Below are positions 28,316-39,641 of a stretch of 64,000 bases of DNA, piece after piece (within the stretch, counting starts at the first letter, position 1; each line of letters begins with the position of its first letter). The notes under the pieces are model-generated. The model ran no database searches. It saw only the letters and a program-made list of their open reading frames with translations, and had not been told where the DNA came from. The stretch lies in NCBI RefSeq assembly GCF_003790525.1, contig NZ_CP033635.1, one strand, 5' to 3'. This DNA is from Escherichia coli. Lineage in GTDB: Bacteria; Pseudomonadota; Gammaproteobacteria; Enterobacterales; Enterobacteriaceae. A program made the position numbers and the translations under genes.

Positions 28316-28352
28316 GGTGCGTCCGGTGAACCAATCGGACGCGCCTTTAATA
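28316..28352 (+). terminator. hairpin downstream of shoB (weak terminator)
   Basis: GGTGCGTCCG-gtgaaccaat-CGGACGCGCC followed by only TTT; weak U-tract. Confidence 0.45.
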
Positions 28353-28489
28353 ACTATAAATAAGTGTCTGGGCAGATACTATATAAATTTACTTAGTGAA
28401 TGATTATGCTAATTTCATCATTTAAATAAATATAATAGCGTTAAGGTTTCTCTATAAAATAATTAACACTCTACTTCCAGAGCAGAATA

Positions 28490-28786
<297 letters not shown>

Positions 28787-28805
28787 TTATACGCGCATTC
28801 TTTAC

Positions 28806-29654
28806 TCAGACCAGTTTTTTCACCAGCGCTTCACTATGACGAATACGTTCTGGTGCCAGTTCCAGATCCTGCTGAATCAGCGCAATGAACAGCAAATCCG
28901 TTAACATTCCCTGCGCGTGACAAGCAGAGATTGAAGCACTGTTTGTCGCTTGTTCTTCGGCAATGGTATACAGGCAATGAGAAGCACGCTGTTGCAGGGC
29001 ATTGGGAGTAAAGCCGGTAATCGCCAGCACTTTTCCGCCCACTCGCAGCATCTCATCTGCCGCCAGGTTTAACTCGCGTCGTACACCGGTGTAGGAAATG
29101 GCTAATAACAGATCGTCAGGGGACGACGCCTGTACTGTAGCGAGTAGCGCATGCATATCGCGCACTGCGGCAGCATTGAAGCCAATCTTCATCAGCTTCC
29201 AGGCAAAGTTTTGCGCCACCAGACCCGAAGCGCCAATACCGGTCAGAATTATCCGCCGCGCAGAGCGCAACATTGTTACGCATTCATGCAGTTTCTCTTC
29301 ACTATTAACGTTTAGCGTTGCGTACATGGCGGCAGTATTTTCTTTAATCAGTTTTTCGCCGACCAGCCGTAACGGATCATCACCGCGGATTTGGTTATGA
29401 ATGGGCACGGAGGGAGATTCCGGCTGGCTTGCCAGCGCTTCACTCAACGCCAACTTAAGTGCCGGAAAACCTTTATAGCCGAGTTTTTGCGCGAACTTCA
29501 CGACGCTGGACTGACTGACTCCGGCTTCGTTGGCCAGTTGCTGAGAGCTTAAATGGCGCGCCGTATCAGGTTGTAGCAGCAGATAATCCGCCAGTTTTTT
29601 ATCACTCTGGGCAAGCCCCTGGTAACGCTGACGGATACGAAGTAAGCCGTTCAT
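28806..29654 (-). CDS. yfhH: RpiR/SIS-family transcriptional regulator (uncharacterised)
   Basis: 282 aa from MNGLLRIRQRYQGLAQSDKKLADYLL...; N-terminal RpiR-type HTH (SSQQLANEAGVSQSSVVKFAQKLGYKGF) and C-terminal SIS domain; ORF-track start is 24 codons upstream. Confidence 0.85.
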   Translation of the reverse strand: MNGLLRIRQRYQGLAQSDKKLADYLLLQPDTARHLSSQQLANEAGVSQSSVVKFAQKLGYKGFPALKLALSEALASQPESPSVPIHNQIRGDDPLRLVGEKLIKENTAAMYATLNVNSEEKLHECVTMLRSARRIILTGIGASGLVAQNFAWKLMKIGFNAAAVRDMHALLATVQASSPDDLLLAISYTGVRRELNLAADEMLRVGGKVLAITGFTPNALQQRASHCLYTIAEEQATNSASISACHAQGMLTDLLFIALIQQDLELAPERIRHSEALVKKLV

Positions 29655-29862
29655 ATCTTTCCTCGCGATGAAATAGTGGCGACAACAGGCAATATGAGAC
29701 AAACGCGAGTGAATTTTATATTCCATTGCCGCTAATTGCCATGAATTAAAAATTCCAGTTAGCCATGATGCGGTCGATTGTTGCCGGAAAAGTGATGATC
29801 TATCTGTTAGGCTATGTAGTAGCGAAAATTAATCAGGATGTTTCAGTCCAGAGGAGTATGGT

Positions 29863-30498
29863 TTGGCAACTCACGAGCGTCGTGTGGTGTTTTTTGACTT
29901 AGATGGAACATTGCATCAGCAGGATATGTTCGGCAGTTTTTTGCGTTATTTACTGCGTCGCCAACCGCTGAATGCGTTGCTTGTCCTGCCGTTGTTGCCG
30001 ATCATAGCCATTGCGTTATTGATAAAAGGCCGTGCGGCACGCTGGCCGATGAGTCTGCTTCTGTGGGGATGCACTTTTGGTCACAATGAAGCGCGTTTGC
30101 AGGCGTTGCAGGCCGATTTCGTACGCTGGTTTCGTGACAATGTTACCGCCTTTCCGCTGGTTCAGGAGCGATTAACCACCTACCTGTTAAGTTCCGATGC
30201 TGATATCTGGTTGATTACCGGCTCTCCGCAGCCGCTGGTTGAAGCGGTTTATTTCGATACGCCCTGGTTGCCGCGGGTTAATCTTATCGCCAGTCAGATT
30301 CAGCGTGGCTATGGTGGTTGGGTATTGACGATGCGTTGCCTCGGGCATGAGAAGGTCGCGCAACTGGAGCGCAAAATCGGCACGCCGCTGCGGCTGTACA
30401 GTGGCTATAGCGACAGTAATCAGGACAACCCGCTGCTTTATTTCTGTCAGCATCGTTGGCGAGTAACCCCGCGCGGTGAACTCCAGCAACTGGAATAG
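29863..30498 (+). CDS. pgpC: phosphatidylglycerophosphatase C (HAD-like)
   Basis: 211-aa ORF with HAD motif I (VVFFDLDGTLHQQD) and TM segment. Confidence 0.88.
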   Translation: MATHERRVVFFDLDGTLHQQDMFGSFLRYLLRRQPLNALLVLPLLPIIAIALLIKGRAARWPMSLLLWGCTFGHNEARLQALQADFVRWFRDNVTAFPLVQERLTTYLLSSDADIWLITGSPQPLVEAVYFDTPWLPRVNLIASQIQRGYGGWVLTMRCLGHEKVAQLERKIGTPLRLYSGYSDSNQDNPLLYFCQHRWRVTPRGELQQLE

Positions 30499-30510
30499 AG
30501 TAAAGCATAG

Positions 30511-32612
<2,102 letters not shown>

Positions 32613-32777
32613 TTAGTTAATTCTCTGTGTCGTGCGCGTCCCAGCTTGAAAAAACGTAATAATAGTGAAAGGTTTACTCATAAATGAGCGGCATTTTGCG
32701 TAAACCTGCGCCAGTTGGCAACTTATTACAGCCATTGGCGGCACGCGTTGCTAATTCACGATGGTGATTTTATTTCC

Positions 32778-32793
32778 ACGCAAACGGTTTCGT
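32778..32793 (+). promoter_or_regulatory. PurR operator (pur box) of purL
   Basis: ACGCAAACGGTTTCGT matches the PurR consensus ACGCAAACGTTTGCGT at 14/16 positions, ~80 bp upstream of the purL start. Confidence 0.8.
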
Positions 32794-32871
32794 CAGCGCA
32801 TCAGATTCTTTATAATGACGCCCGTTTCCCCCCCCCTTGGGTACACCGAAAGCTTAGAAGACGAGAGACTT

Positions 32872-35800
32872 ATGATGGAAATTCTGCGTGGTTCGCCTGC
32901 ATTGTCGGCATTCCGAATCAACAAACTGCTGGCACGTTTTCAGGCTGCCAGGCTCCCGGTTCACACTATTTACGCCGAGTATGTCCATTTTGCTGACCTC
33001 AATGCGCCGTTAAACGATGATGAGCACGCACAACTTGAACGCCTGCTGAAATATGGCCCGGCACTCGCCAGCCACGCCCCGCAAGGCAAACTCCTGCTGG
33101 TGACCCCGCGTCCTGGCACCATCTCTCCCTGGTCTTCGAAAGCGACCGATATCGCCCATAATTGCGGTCTACAACAGGTAAACCGCCTTGAGCGCGGCGT
33201 GGCTTACTATATAGAAGCCGGTACGCTGACCAATGAACAATGGCAGCAGGTGACCGCTGAACTGCACGACCGCATGATGGAAACGGTCTTTTTTGCTTTA
33301 GATGATGCAGAGCAGTTGTTTGCTCATCATCAGCCAACCCCGGTCACCAGCATTGATTTGCTGGGGCAGGGCCGTCAGGCGCTAATCGACGCTAACCTGC
33401 GTCTTGGTCTGGCGCTGGCGGAAGATGAGATTGACTATCTGCAGGATGCGTTCACAAAGCTTGGTCGTAACCCGAACGACATCGAGCTGTATATGTTCGC
33501 GCAGGCGAACTCCGAGCACTGCCGTCACAAAATTTTTAACGCCGACTGGATTATCGACGGTGAACAGCAGCCGAAATCGCTGTTCAAGATGATCAAAAAC
33601 ACCTTCGAAACCACGCCAGACCACGTTCTCTCTGCTTATAAAGATAACGCCGCCGTAATGGAAGGTTCTGAAGTGGGTCGCTACTTTGCCGACCACGAAA
33701 CGGGCCGCTACGATTTCCATCAGGAACCGGCGCATATTCTGATGAAAGTTGAAACCCACAACCACCCGACGGCGATTTCTCCGTGGCCGGGCGCGGCGAC
33801 CGGTTCCGGCGGTGAAATCCGCGATGAAGGTGCCACCGGCCGCGGCGCGAAGCCGAAAGCTGGCCTGGTCGGTTTCTCCGTATCCAACCTGCGTATTCCT
33901 GGCTTTGAACAACCGTGGGAAGAAGATTTCGGTAAGCCTGAGCGCATTGTCACCGCGCTGGACATCATGACAGAAGGTCCGCTGGGCGGCGCGGCATTTA
34001 ACAACGAATTTGGTCGTCCGGCACTGAACGGCTACTTCCGTACCTATGAAGAAAAAGTGAACAGCCACAATGGCGAAGAGCTGCGCGGTTATCACAAACC
34101 GATCATGCTGGCGGGTGGGATCGGCAACATTCGCGCCGATCACGTACAAAAAGGCGAGATCAACGTTGGTGCGAAGCTGGTCGTTCTCGGCGGCCCGGCA
34201 ATGAACATCGGTCTTGGCGGCGGCGCGGCGTCTTCTATGGCATCTGGTCAGTCTGATGCGGACCTCGACTTTGCTTCCGTACAGCGCGACAACCCGGAGA
34301 TGGAGCGTCGCTGCCAGGAAGTGATCGACCGTTGCTGGCAGCTTGGTGATGCCAACCCAATCCTGTTTATCCACGACGTTGGCGCAGGCGGTCTTTCTAA
34401 CGCCATGCCGGAACTGGTGAGCGACGGCGGGCGCGGCGGTAAATTTGAACTGCGCGATATCCTGAGCGACGAGCCAGGCATGAGCCCGCTGGAGATCTGG
34501 TGTAACGAATCCCAGGAACGCTACGTGCTGGCGGTTGCTGCCGATCAGTTACCGCTGTTTGACGAACTGTGTAAGCGTGAACGAGCACCCTACGCGGTGA
34601 TTGGCGAGGCCACCGAAGAATTACATCTTTCTCTGCACGATCGTCATTTTGATAATCAACCCATCGATCTGCCGCTGGACGTACTGCTTGGTAAAACGCC
34701 GAAGATGACCCGCGAAGTACAAACGCTGAAAGCGAAGGGTGATGCGCTGGTTCGTGAAGGGATTACCATTGCTGACGCGGTGAAACGCGTGCTGCACCTG
34801 CCGACCGTGGCGGAGAAAACTTTCCTGGTGACCATTGGTGACCGCAGCGTAACCGGCATGGTAGCGCGCGATCAGATGGTGGGTCCGTGGCAGGTGCCGG
34901 TCGCTAACTGCGCGGTCACTTCCGCCAGCCTCGATAGCTACTACGGCGAAGCGATGGCGATTGGCGAGCGTGCGCCGGTTGCGCTGCTGGATTTCGCCGC
35001 CTCTGCCCGTCTGGCGGTCGGTGAAGCGTTAACCAATATTGCCGCAACACAGATTGGCGATATCAAACGCATTAAACTTTCCGCCAACTGGATGGCGGCG
35101 GCAGGCCACCCTGGTGAAGATGCGGGCCTGTATGAAGCCGTTAAAGCTGTGGGCGAAGAACTTTGTCCGGCGCTGGGCCTGACGATCCCGGTGGGTAAAG
35201 ACTCTATGTCGATGAAAACCCGCTGGCAGGAAGGTAACGAAGAGCGCGAAATGACGTCGCCGCTGTCGCTGGTGATTTCTGCATTTGCCCGTGTGGAAGA
35301 TGTGCGTCACACCATCACGCCGCAGCTTTCTACCGAAGATAACGCATTACTGCTGATTGATCTGGGCAAAGGCAATAACGCGCTGGGCGCAACGGCGCTG
35401 GCGCAGGTTTATCGTCAGCTTGGCGACAAACCGGCAGATGTACGCGACGTTGCCCAACTGAAAGGCTTCTATGACGCGATTCAGGCGCTGGTTGCACAGC
35501 GTAAGCTGCTCGCGTACCACGACCGCTCGGATGGCGGCCTGCTGGTAACGCTGGCGGAAATGGCGTTTGCTGGTCATTGTGGCATTGACGCAGATATCGC
35601 CTCTCTGGGTGACGATCGCCTGGCTGCGTTGTTTAACGAAGAACTGGGTGCGGTGATTCAGGTTCGTGCCGCTGACCGTGAAGCGGTCGAGTCCGTACTG
35701 GCACAGCATGGACTTGCGGATTGCGTCCATTATGTAGGGCAGGCGGTTTCCGGTGACCGTTTTGTGATTACCGCCAACGGGCAGACTGTATTCAGCGAAA

Positions 35801-36759
35801 GCCGCACTACGTTGCGTGTCTGGTGGGCAGAAACTACCTGGCAGATGCAGCGCCTGCGTGACAACCCGGAGTGTGCCGATCAGGAACATCAGGCGAAATC
35901 TAACGACGCCGATCCGGGCCTGAATGTGAAACTGTCGTTTGATATCAACGAAGATGTGGCAGCACCGTATATTGCCACCGGTGCGCGTCCGAAAGTTGCC
36001 GTGCTGCGTGAGCAGGGTGTGAACTCGCATGTTGAAATGGCGGCAGCTTTCCACCGTGCAGGCTTCGATGCAATCGATGTGCATATGAGCGACCTGCTGG
36101 CTGGACGCACGGGACTGGAGGATTTCCACGCCCTGGTCGCGTGCGGTGGTTTCTCCTACGGTGATGTACTGGGTGCCGGTGAAGGTTGGGCGAAGTCTAT
36201 CCTGTTCAATGACCGTGTACGCGATGAGTTTGCAACCTTCTTCCACCGTCCGCAAACGCTGGCGCTGGGGGTATGTAACGGTTGCCAGATGATGTCTAAT
36301 CTGCGCGAACTGATCCCAGGCAGTGAGTTGTGGCCACGTTTTGTGCGCAATACCTCCGATCGCTTTGAAGCGCGTTTCAGCCTGGTTGAAGTAACCCAAA
36401 GCCCGTCTCTGCTGTTGCAGGAGATGGTGGGCTCGCAAATGCCGATTGCTGTCTCTCATGGTGAAGGGCGCGTGGAAGTGCGTGATGCGGCGCATCTGGC
36501 GGCGCTGGAAAGTAAAGGGCTGGTGGCACTGCGCTATGTCGATAACTTCGGCAAAGTCACTGAAACCTACCCGGCTAACCCGAACGGTTCTCCGAATGGT
36601 ATTACGGCGGTCACGACTGAAAGTGGTCGAGTCACTATTATGATGCCGCACCCGGAACGTGTTTTCCGTACTGTCAGCAACTCCTGGCATCCGGAAAACT
36701 GGGGCGAGGATGGCCCATGGATGCGCATTTTCCGCAATGCACGTAAGCAGTTGGGGTAA
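32872..36759 (+). CDS. purL: phosphoribosylformylglycinamidine synthase
   Basis: 1295 aa from [26 protein letters not shown]...; large-type FGAM synthetase with C-terminal glutamine amidotransferase ([12 protein letters not shown]); the ORF-track ORF starts 37 codons upstream, across the pur box. Confidence 0.96.
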   Translation: MMEILRGSPALSAFRINKLLARFQAARLPVHTIYAEYVHFADLNAPLNDDEHAQLERLLKYGPALASHAPQGKLLLVTPRPGTISPWSSKATDIAHNCGLQQVNRLERGVAYYIEAGTLTNEQWQQVTAELHDRMMETVFFALDDAEQLFAHHQPTPVTSIDLLGQGRQALIDANLRLGLALAEDEIDYLQDAFTKLGRNPNDIELYMFAQANSEHCRHKIFNADWIIDGEQQPKSLFKMIKNTFETTPDHVLSAYKDNAAVMEGSEVGRYFADHETGRYDFHQEPAHILMKVETHNHPTAISPWPGAATGSGGEIRDEGATGRGAKPKAGLVGFSVSNLRIPGFEQPWEEDFGKPERIVTALDIMTEGPLGGAAFNNEFGRPALNGYFRTYEEKVNSHNGEELRGYHKPIMLAGGIGNIRADHVQKGEINVGAKLVVLGGPAMNIGLGGGAASSMASGQSDADLDFASVQRDNPEMERRCQEVIDRCWQLGDANPILFIHDVGAGGLSNAMPELVSDGGRGGKFELRDILSDEPGMSPLEIWCNESQERYVLAVAADQLPLFDELCKRERAPYAVIGEATEELHLSLHDRHFDNQPIDLPLDVLLGKTPKMTREVQTLKAKGDALVREGITIADAVKRVLHLPTVAEKTFLVTIGDRSVTGMVARDQMVGPWQVPVANCAVTSASLDSYYGEAMAIGERAPVALLDFAASARLAVGEALTNIAATQIGDIKRIKLSANWMAAAGHPGEDAGLYEAVKAVGEELCPALGLTIPVGKDSMSMKTRWQEGNEEREMTSPLSLVISAFARVEDVRHTITPQLSTEDNALLLIDLGKGNNALGATALAQVYRQLGDKPADVRDVAQLKGFYDAIQALVAQRKLLAYHDRSDGGLLVTLAEMAFAGHCGIDADIASLGDDRLAALFNEELGAVIQVRAADREAVESVLAQHGLADCVHYVGQAVSGDRFVITANGQTVFSESRTTLRVWWAETTWQMQRLRDNPECADQEHQAKSNDADPGLNVKLSFDINEDVAAPYIATGARPKVAVLREQGVNSHVEMAAAFHRAGFDAIDVHMSDLLAGRTGLEDFHALVACGGFSYGDVLGAGEGWAKSILFNDRVRDEFATFFHRPQTLALGVCNGCQMMSNLRELIPGSELWPRFVRNTSDRFEARFSLVEVTQSPSLLLQEMVGSQMPIAVSHGEGRVEVRDAAHLAALESKGLVALRYVDNFGKVTETYPANPNGSPNGITAVTTESGRVTIMMPHPERVFRTVSNSWHPENWGEDGPWMRIFRNARKQLG

Positions 36760-36783
36760 GCCGTCAAACTCATTGTTTTTGCA

Positions 36784-36816
36784 GCCCGGATGAGGCATTC
36801 ACGCCGCATCCGGCAT
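36784..36816. repeat. REP element
   Basis: GCCCGGATGAGGCATTCACGCCGCATCCGGCAT imperfect palindrome; shares TTCACGCCGCATCCGGCAT with the second REP at 54493-54526. Confidence 0.75.
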
Positions 36817-36837
36817 TAAGCACCAACCGCTATTATA

Positions 36838-36862
36838 AGCTCCCAACTTCGGGAGCTTTTTT
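36838..36862 (+). terminator. rho-independent terminator downstream of purL
   Basis: AGCTCCC-aacttc-GGGAGCT hairpin followed by TTTTT. Confidence 0.85.
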
Positions 36863-36863
36863 G

Positions 36864-36977
36864 TGTCTGTAAATCACGACAATGGGTGGTTTACCGTGTC
36901 GCTTTCTGGCGACACTTAACTGATTGATTTTAATATTATCTAATAAGTTTATCTTAAGTTGTCTCTTTTTAGCGACA
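36864..36977 (+). promoter_or_regulatory. upstream activating region with three TGTC-N10-GACA sites (GlrR/QseF-type)
   Basis: TGTCtgtaaatcacGACA (36864-36881), TGTCgctttctggcGACA (36897-36914), TGTCtctttttagcGACA (36960-36977), all upstream of the sigma54 promoter. Confidence 0.8.
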
Positions 36978-37066
36978 CAGTGGCTGATTTACATTCAAAT
37001 AGCGAAGAAGCCATAAATCCCTCAAAGCAGCGTATAATCAGTACGTTACCAAACTATTTTCTTTAT

Positions 37067-37082
37067 TGGCACAGTTACTGCA
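37067..37082 (+). promoter_or_regulatory. sigma54 promoter of glmY
   Basis: TGGCACagttaCTGCA: -24 GG and -12 GC with canonical spacing; overlaps a sigma70-like -10 (CATAAT). Confidence 0.85.
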
Positions 37083-37093
37083 TAATAGTAACC

Positions 37094-37277
37094 AGTGGCT
37101 CATTCACCGACTTATGTCAGCCCCTTCGGGACGTGCTACATAAAATTCGAATGACGCACAACAAGGTGCCTGCCGTCCAACTTCTGATATCAGCGTAGCT
37201 ATATCAACCCTCGGGCGAAACGTCGAGTTAGGCACCGCCTTATTCCATAACAAAGCCGGGTCATTCCCGGCTTTGTT
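37094..37277 (+). ncRNA. glmY: GlmY small regulatory RNA
   Basis: Starts ~12 nt after the -12 element (AGTGGCTCATTCACCGACTTATGTCAGCCCCTTCGGG...) and ends at the AAAGCCGGG-tcatt-CCCGGCTTT hairpin plus TGTTGTAT (37252-37277); no plausible ORF. 3' end approximate. Confidence 0.8.
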
Positions 37278-37335
37278 GTATCTGAACTTCCCCTCGGTTA
37301 GCATCAGGCTATTCGCGTCTGACGAGAGTAACACC

Positions 37336-38763
37336 TTGAAACGCTGGCCCGTTTTTCCCCGCTCATTACGACAACTGGTAATGCTGGCATTTTTGCTGAT
37401 TCTGCTACCCCTGTTGGTGCTGGCATGGCAAGCCTGGCAAAGCCTGAATGCGCTTAGCGATCAGGCGGCGCTGGTTAACCGCACTACGCTTATTGATGCC
37501 CGGCGCAGTGAAGCGATGACCAACGCGGCGCTGGAGATGGAGCGTAGCTACCGTCAGTATTGCGTGTTGGACGACCCAACCCTGGCGAAGGTTTATCAAA
37601 GCCAGCGCAAGCGTTACAGCGAAATGCTCGATGCCCACGCAGGCGTGCTGCCGGACGATAAACTCTACCAGGCATTACGTCAGGACTTGAACAATCTGGC
37701 TCAACTTCAGTGTAACAACAGCGGTCCCGATGCCGCCGCCGCCGCGCGTCTGGAAGCCTTTGCCAGTGCCAATACCGAAATGGTGCAGGCCACGCGCACA
37801 GTGGTGTTCTCTCGTGGGCAGCAACTTCAGCGTGAAATCGCCGAACGTGGGCAATATTTTGGTTGGCAATCGCTGGTGCTATTTCTGGTGAGTCTGGTGA
37901 TGGTGCTACTTTTCACGCGGATGATTATCGGGCCGGTGAAAAATATCGAGCGCATGATCAACCGGCTGGGGGAAGGGCGTTCTCTGGGCAATAGCGTCTC
38001 GTTCAGTGGACCGAGCGAGTTACGCTCGGTTGGGCAACGTATTCTTTGGTTAAGTGAGCGCCTGTCATGGCTGGAATCCCAACGCCATCAATTTTTAAGA
38101 CATTTATCTCATGAATTAAAAACCCCGCTGGCGAGTATGCGCGAGGGCACTGAATTACTGGCAGACCAGGTTGTCGGGCCGCTTACGCCCGAGCAAAAAG
38201 AGGTGGTGAGCATCCTTGATAGCAGCAGCCGCAATTTGCAAAAACTGATCGAACAACTGCTTGATTACAACCGTAAACAAGCGGACAGTGCGGTGGAACT
38301 GGAGAATGTTGAGTTAGCACCGCTGGTGGAGACAGTAGTTTCTGCTCATAGCCTGCCCGCACGGGCTAAAATGATGCATACCGACGTTGATCTCAAAGCA
38401 ACAGCTTGCCTGGCGGAGCCAATGCTGCTGATGAGCGTACTGGATAATCTTTACTCCAATGCGGTGCACTACGGGGCTGAATCCGGTAACATTTGCCTCC
38501 GCAGCAGTTTACATGGTGCGCGGGTTTATATTGATGTCATCAATACAGGCACGCCCATTCCGCAAGAGGAACGCGCCATGATCTTCGAACCCTTTTTTCA
38601 GGGAAGCCACCAGCGAAAAGGGGCGGTGAAGGGCAGCGGTCTGGGATTAAGCATTGCCAGGGATTGTATTCGCCGTATGCAAGGGGAACTGTATCTGGTC
38701 GACGAGAGCGGGCAAGATGTTTGTTTCCGCATTGAATTACCGTCGTCGAAAAACACGAAATAA
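37336..38763 (+). CDS. glrK: two-component sensor histidine kinase
   Basis: 475 aa assuming the TTG start at 37336 (…KRWPVFPRSLRQLVMLAFLLI…); HisKA H-box LSHELKTPLASM and HATPase region (GSGLGLSIARD). Also called qseE. Confidence 0.9.
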   Translation: MKRWPVFPRSLRQLVMLAFLLILLPLLVLAWQAWQSLNALSDQAALVNRTTLIDARRSEAMTNAALEMERSYRQYCVLDDPTLAKVYQSQRKRYSEMLDAHAGVLPDDKLYQALRQDLNNLAQLQCNNSGPDAAAAARLEAFASANTEMVQATRTVVFSRGQQLQREIAERGQYFGWQSLVLFLVSLVMVLLFTRMIIGPVKNIERMINRLGEGRSLGNSVSFSGPSELRSVGQRILWLSERLSWLESQRHQFLRHLSHELKTPLASMREGTELLADQVVGPLTPEQKEVVSILDSSSRNLQKLIEQLLDYNRKQADSAVELENVELAPLVETVVSAHSLPARAKMMHTDVDLKATACLAEPMLLMSVLDNLYSNAVHYGAESGNICLRSSLHGARVYIDVINTGTPIPQEERAMIFEPFFQGSHQRKGAVKGSGLGLSIARDCIRRMQGELYLVDESGQDVCFRIELPSSKNTK

Positions 38764-38927
38764 TGCTAACAGCCTATCCCATCAGGCTATTTTATTTGCC
38801 AGTTTGGCCCCGGGCAGTGCTCGAAATCTTCACGTACGACATGTACGCTCCGGTTTCTCCGCGCTGTCCATGTCCAAACTGCCTGCAACAATTACGCCCA
38901 CTGGGATAGGCTTTAAGTCTGGTGAAT

Positions 38928-39641
38928 ATGCGACACATTTTTCAACGATTATTGCCCCGACGGCTGTGGCTGGCAGGGCTGCCATGTCTGGCATTGCTGG
39001 GTTGCGTGCAGAGTCACAATAAGCCAGCCATTGATACGCCAGCAGAAGAAAAAATTCCGGTTTATCAACTGGCTGACTATCTTTCTACTGAATGTAGCGA
39101 CATCTGGGCGCTGCAAGGTAAATCAACCGAAACCAATCCGCTTTACTGGCTGCGGGCGATGGATTGTGCTGATCGTTTAATGCCTGCGCAGTCGCGTCAG
39201 CAAGCCCGCCAATATGACGACGGCAGCTGGCAAAATACCTTTAAACAAGGGATTTTGCTCGCCGACGCCAAAATTACGCCGTATGAGCGCCGCCAGCTGG
39301 TCGCGCGCATTGATGCGCTAAGTACCAAGATCCCGGCACAGGTTCGCCCTCTGTATCAACTCTGGCGCGACGGTCAGGCGCTGCAACTGCAACTGGCGGA
39401 AGAGCGCCAACGCTACAGTAAACTCCAGCAGTCCAGCGACAGCGAGCTGGATACTTTGCGCCAGCAACATCACGTTCTACAACAGCAACTGGAACTCACC
39501 ACCCGCAAGCTGGAAAACCTGACTGATATTGAACGCCAGCTCTCGACCCGCAAACCGGCTGGAAATTTCTCGCCGGATACGCCACACGAGAGTGAAAAGC
39601 CCGCGCCATCCACCGATGAGGTCACTCCTGATGAGCCATAA
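38928..39641 (+). CDS. qseG: outer-membrane lipoprotein of the GlrK/GlrR system
   Basis: 237 aa from MRHIFQRLLPRRLWLAGLPCLALLGCVQ...; lipobox LLGC; Q/L-rich coiled-coil C-terminus. Formerly yfhG. Confidence 0.88.
   Translation: MRHIFQRLLPRRLWLAGLPCLALLGCVQSHNKPAIDTPAEEKIPVYQLADYLSTECSDIWALQGKSTETNPLYWLRAMDCADRLMPAQSRQQARQYDDGSWQNTFKQGILLADAKITPYERRQLVARIDALSTKIPAQVRPLYQLWRDGQALQLQLAEERQRYSKLQQSSDSELDTLRQQHHVLQQQLELTTRKLENLTDIERQLSTRKPAGNFSPDTPHESEKPAPSTDEVTPDEP

Noticed and set aside
33382-36798. Long antisense ORFs inside purL (33382-34374, 330 aa; 35347-36798, 483 aa)
   Set aside because: Fully embedded antisense to a well-supported, conserved gene; the products are Arg/Val-rich with no recognisable motifs, typical of stop-codon depletion opposite GC-rich coding sequence.
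36784-36816. REP palindromes at 36784-36816 and 54493-54526 considered as possible insertion-sequence or MITE ends
   Set aside because: Single ~35-bp units matching the enterobacterial REP family, without target-site duplications, terminal inverted repeats or a transposase; ordinary REP elements.
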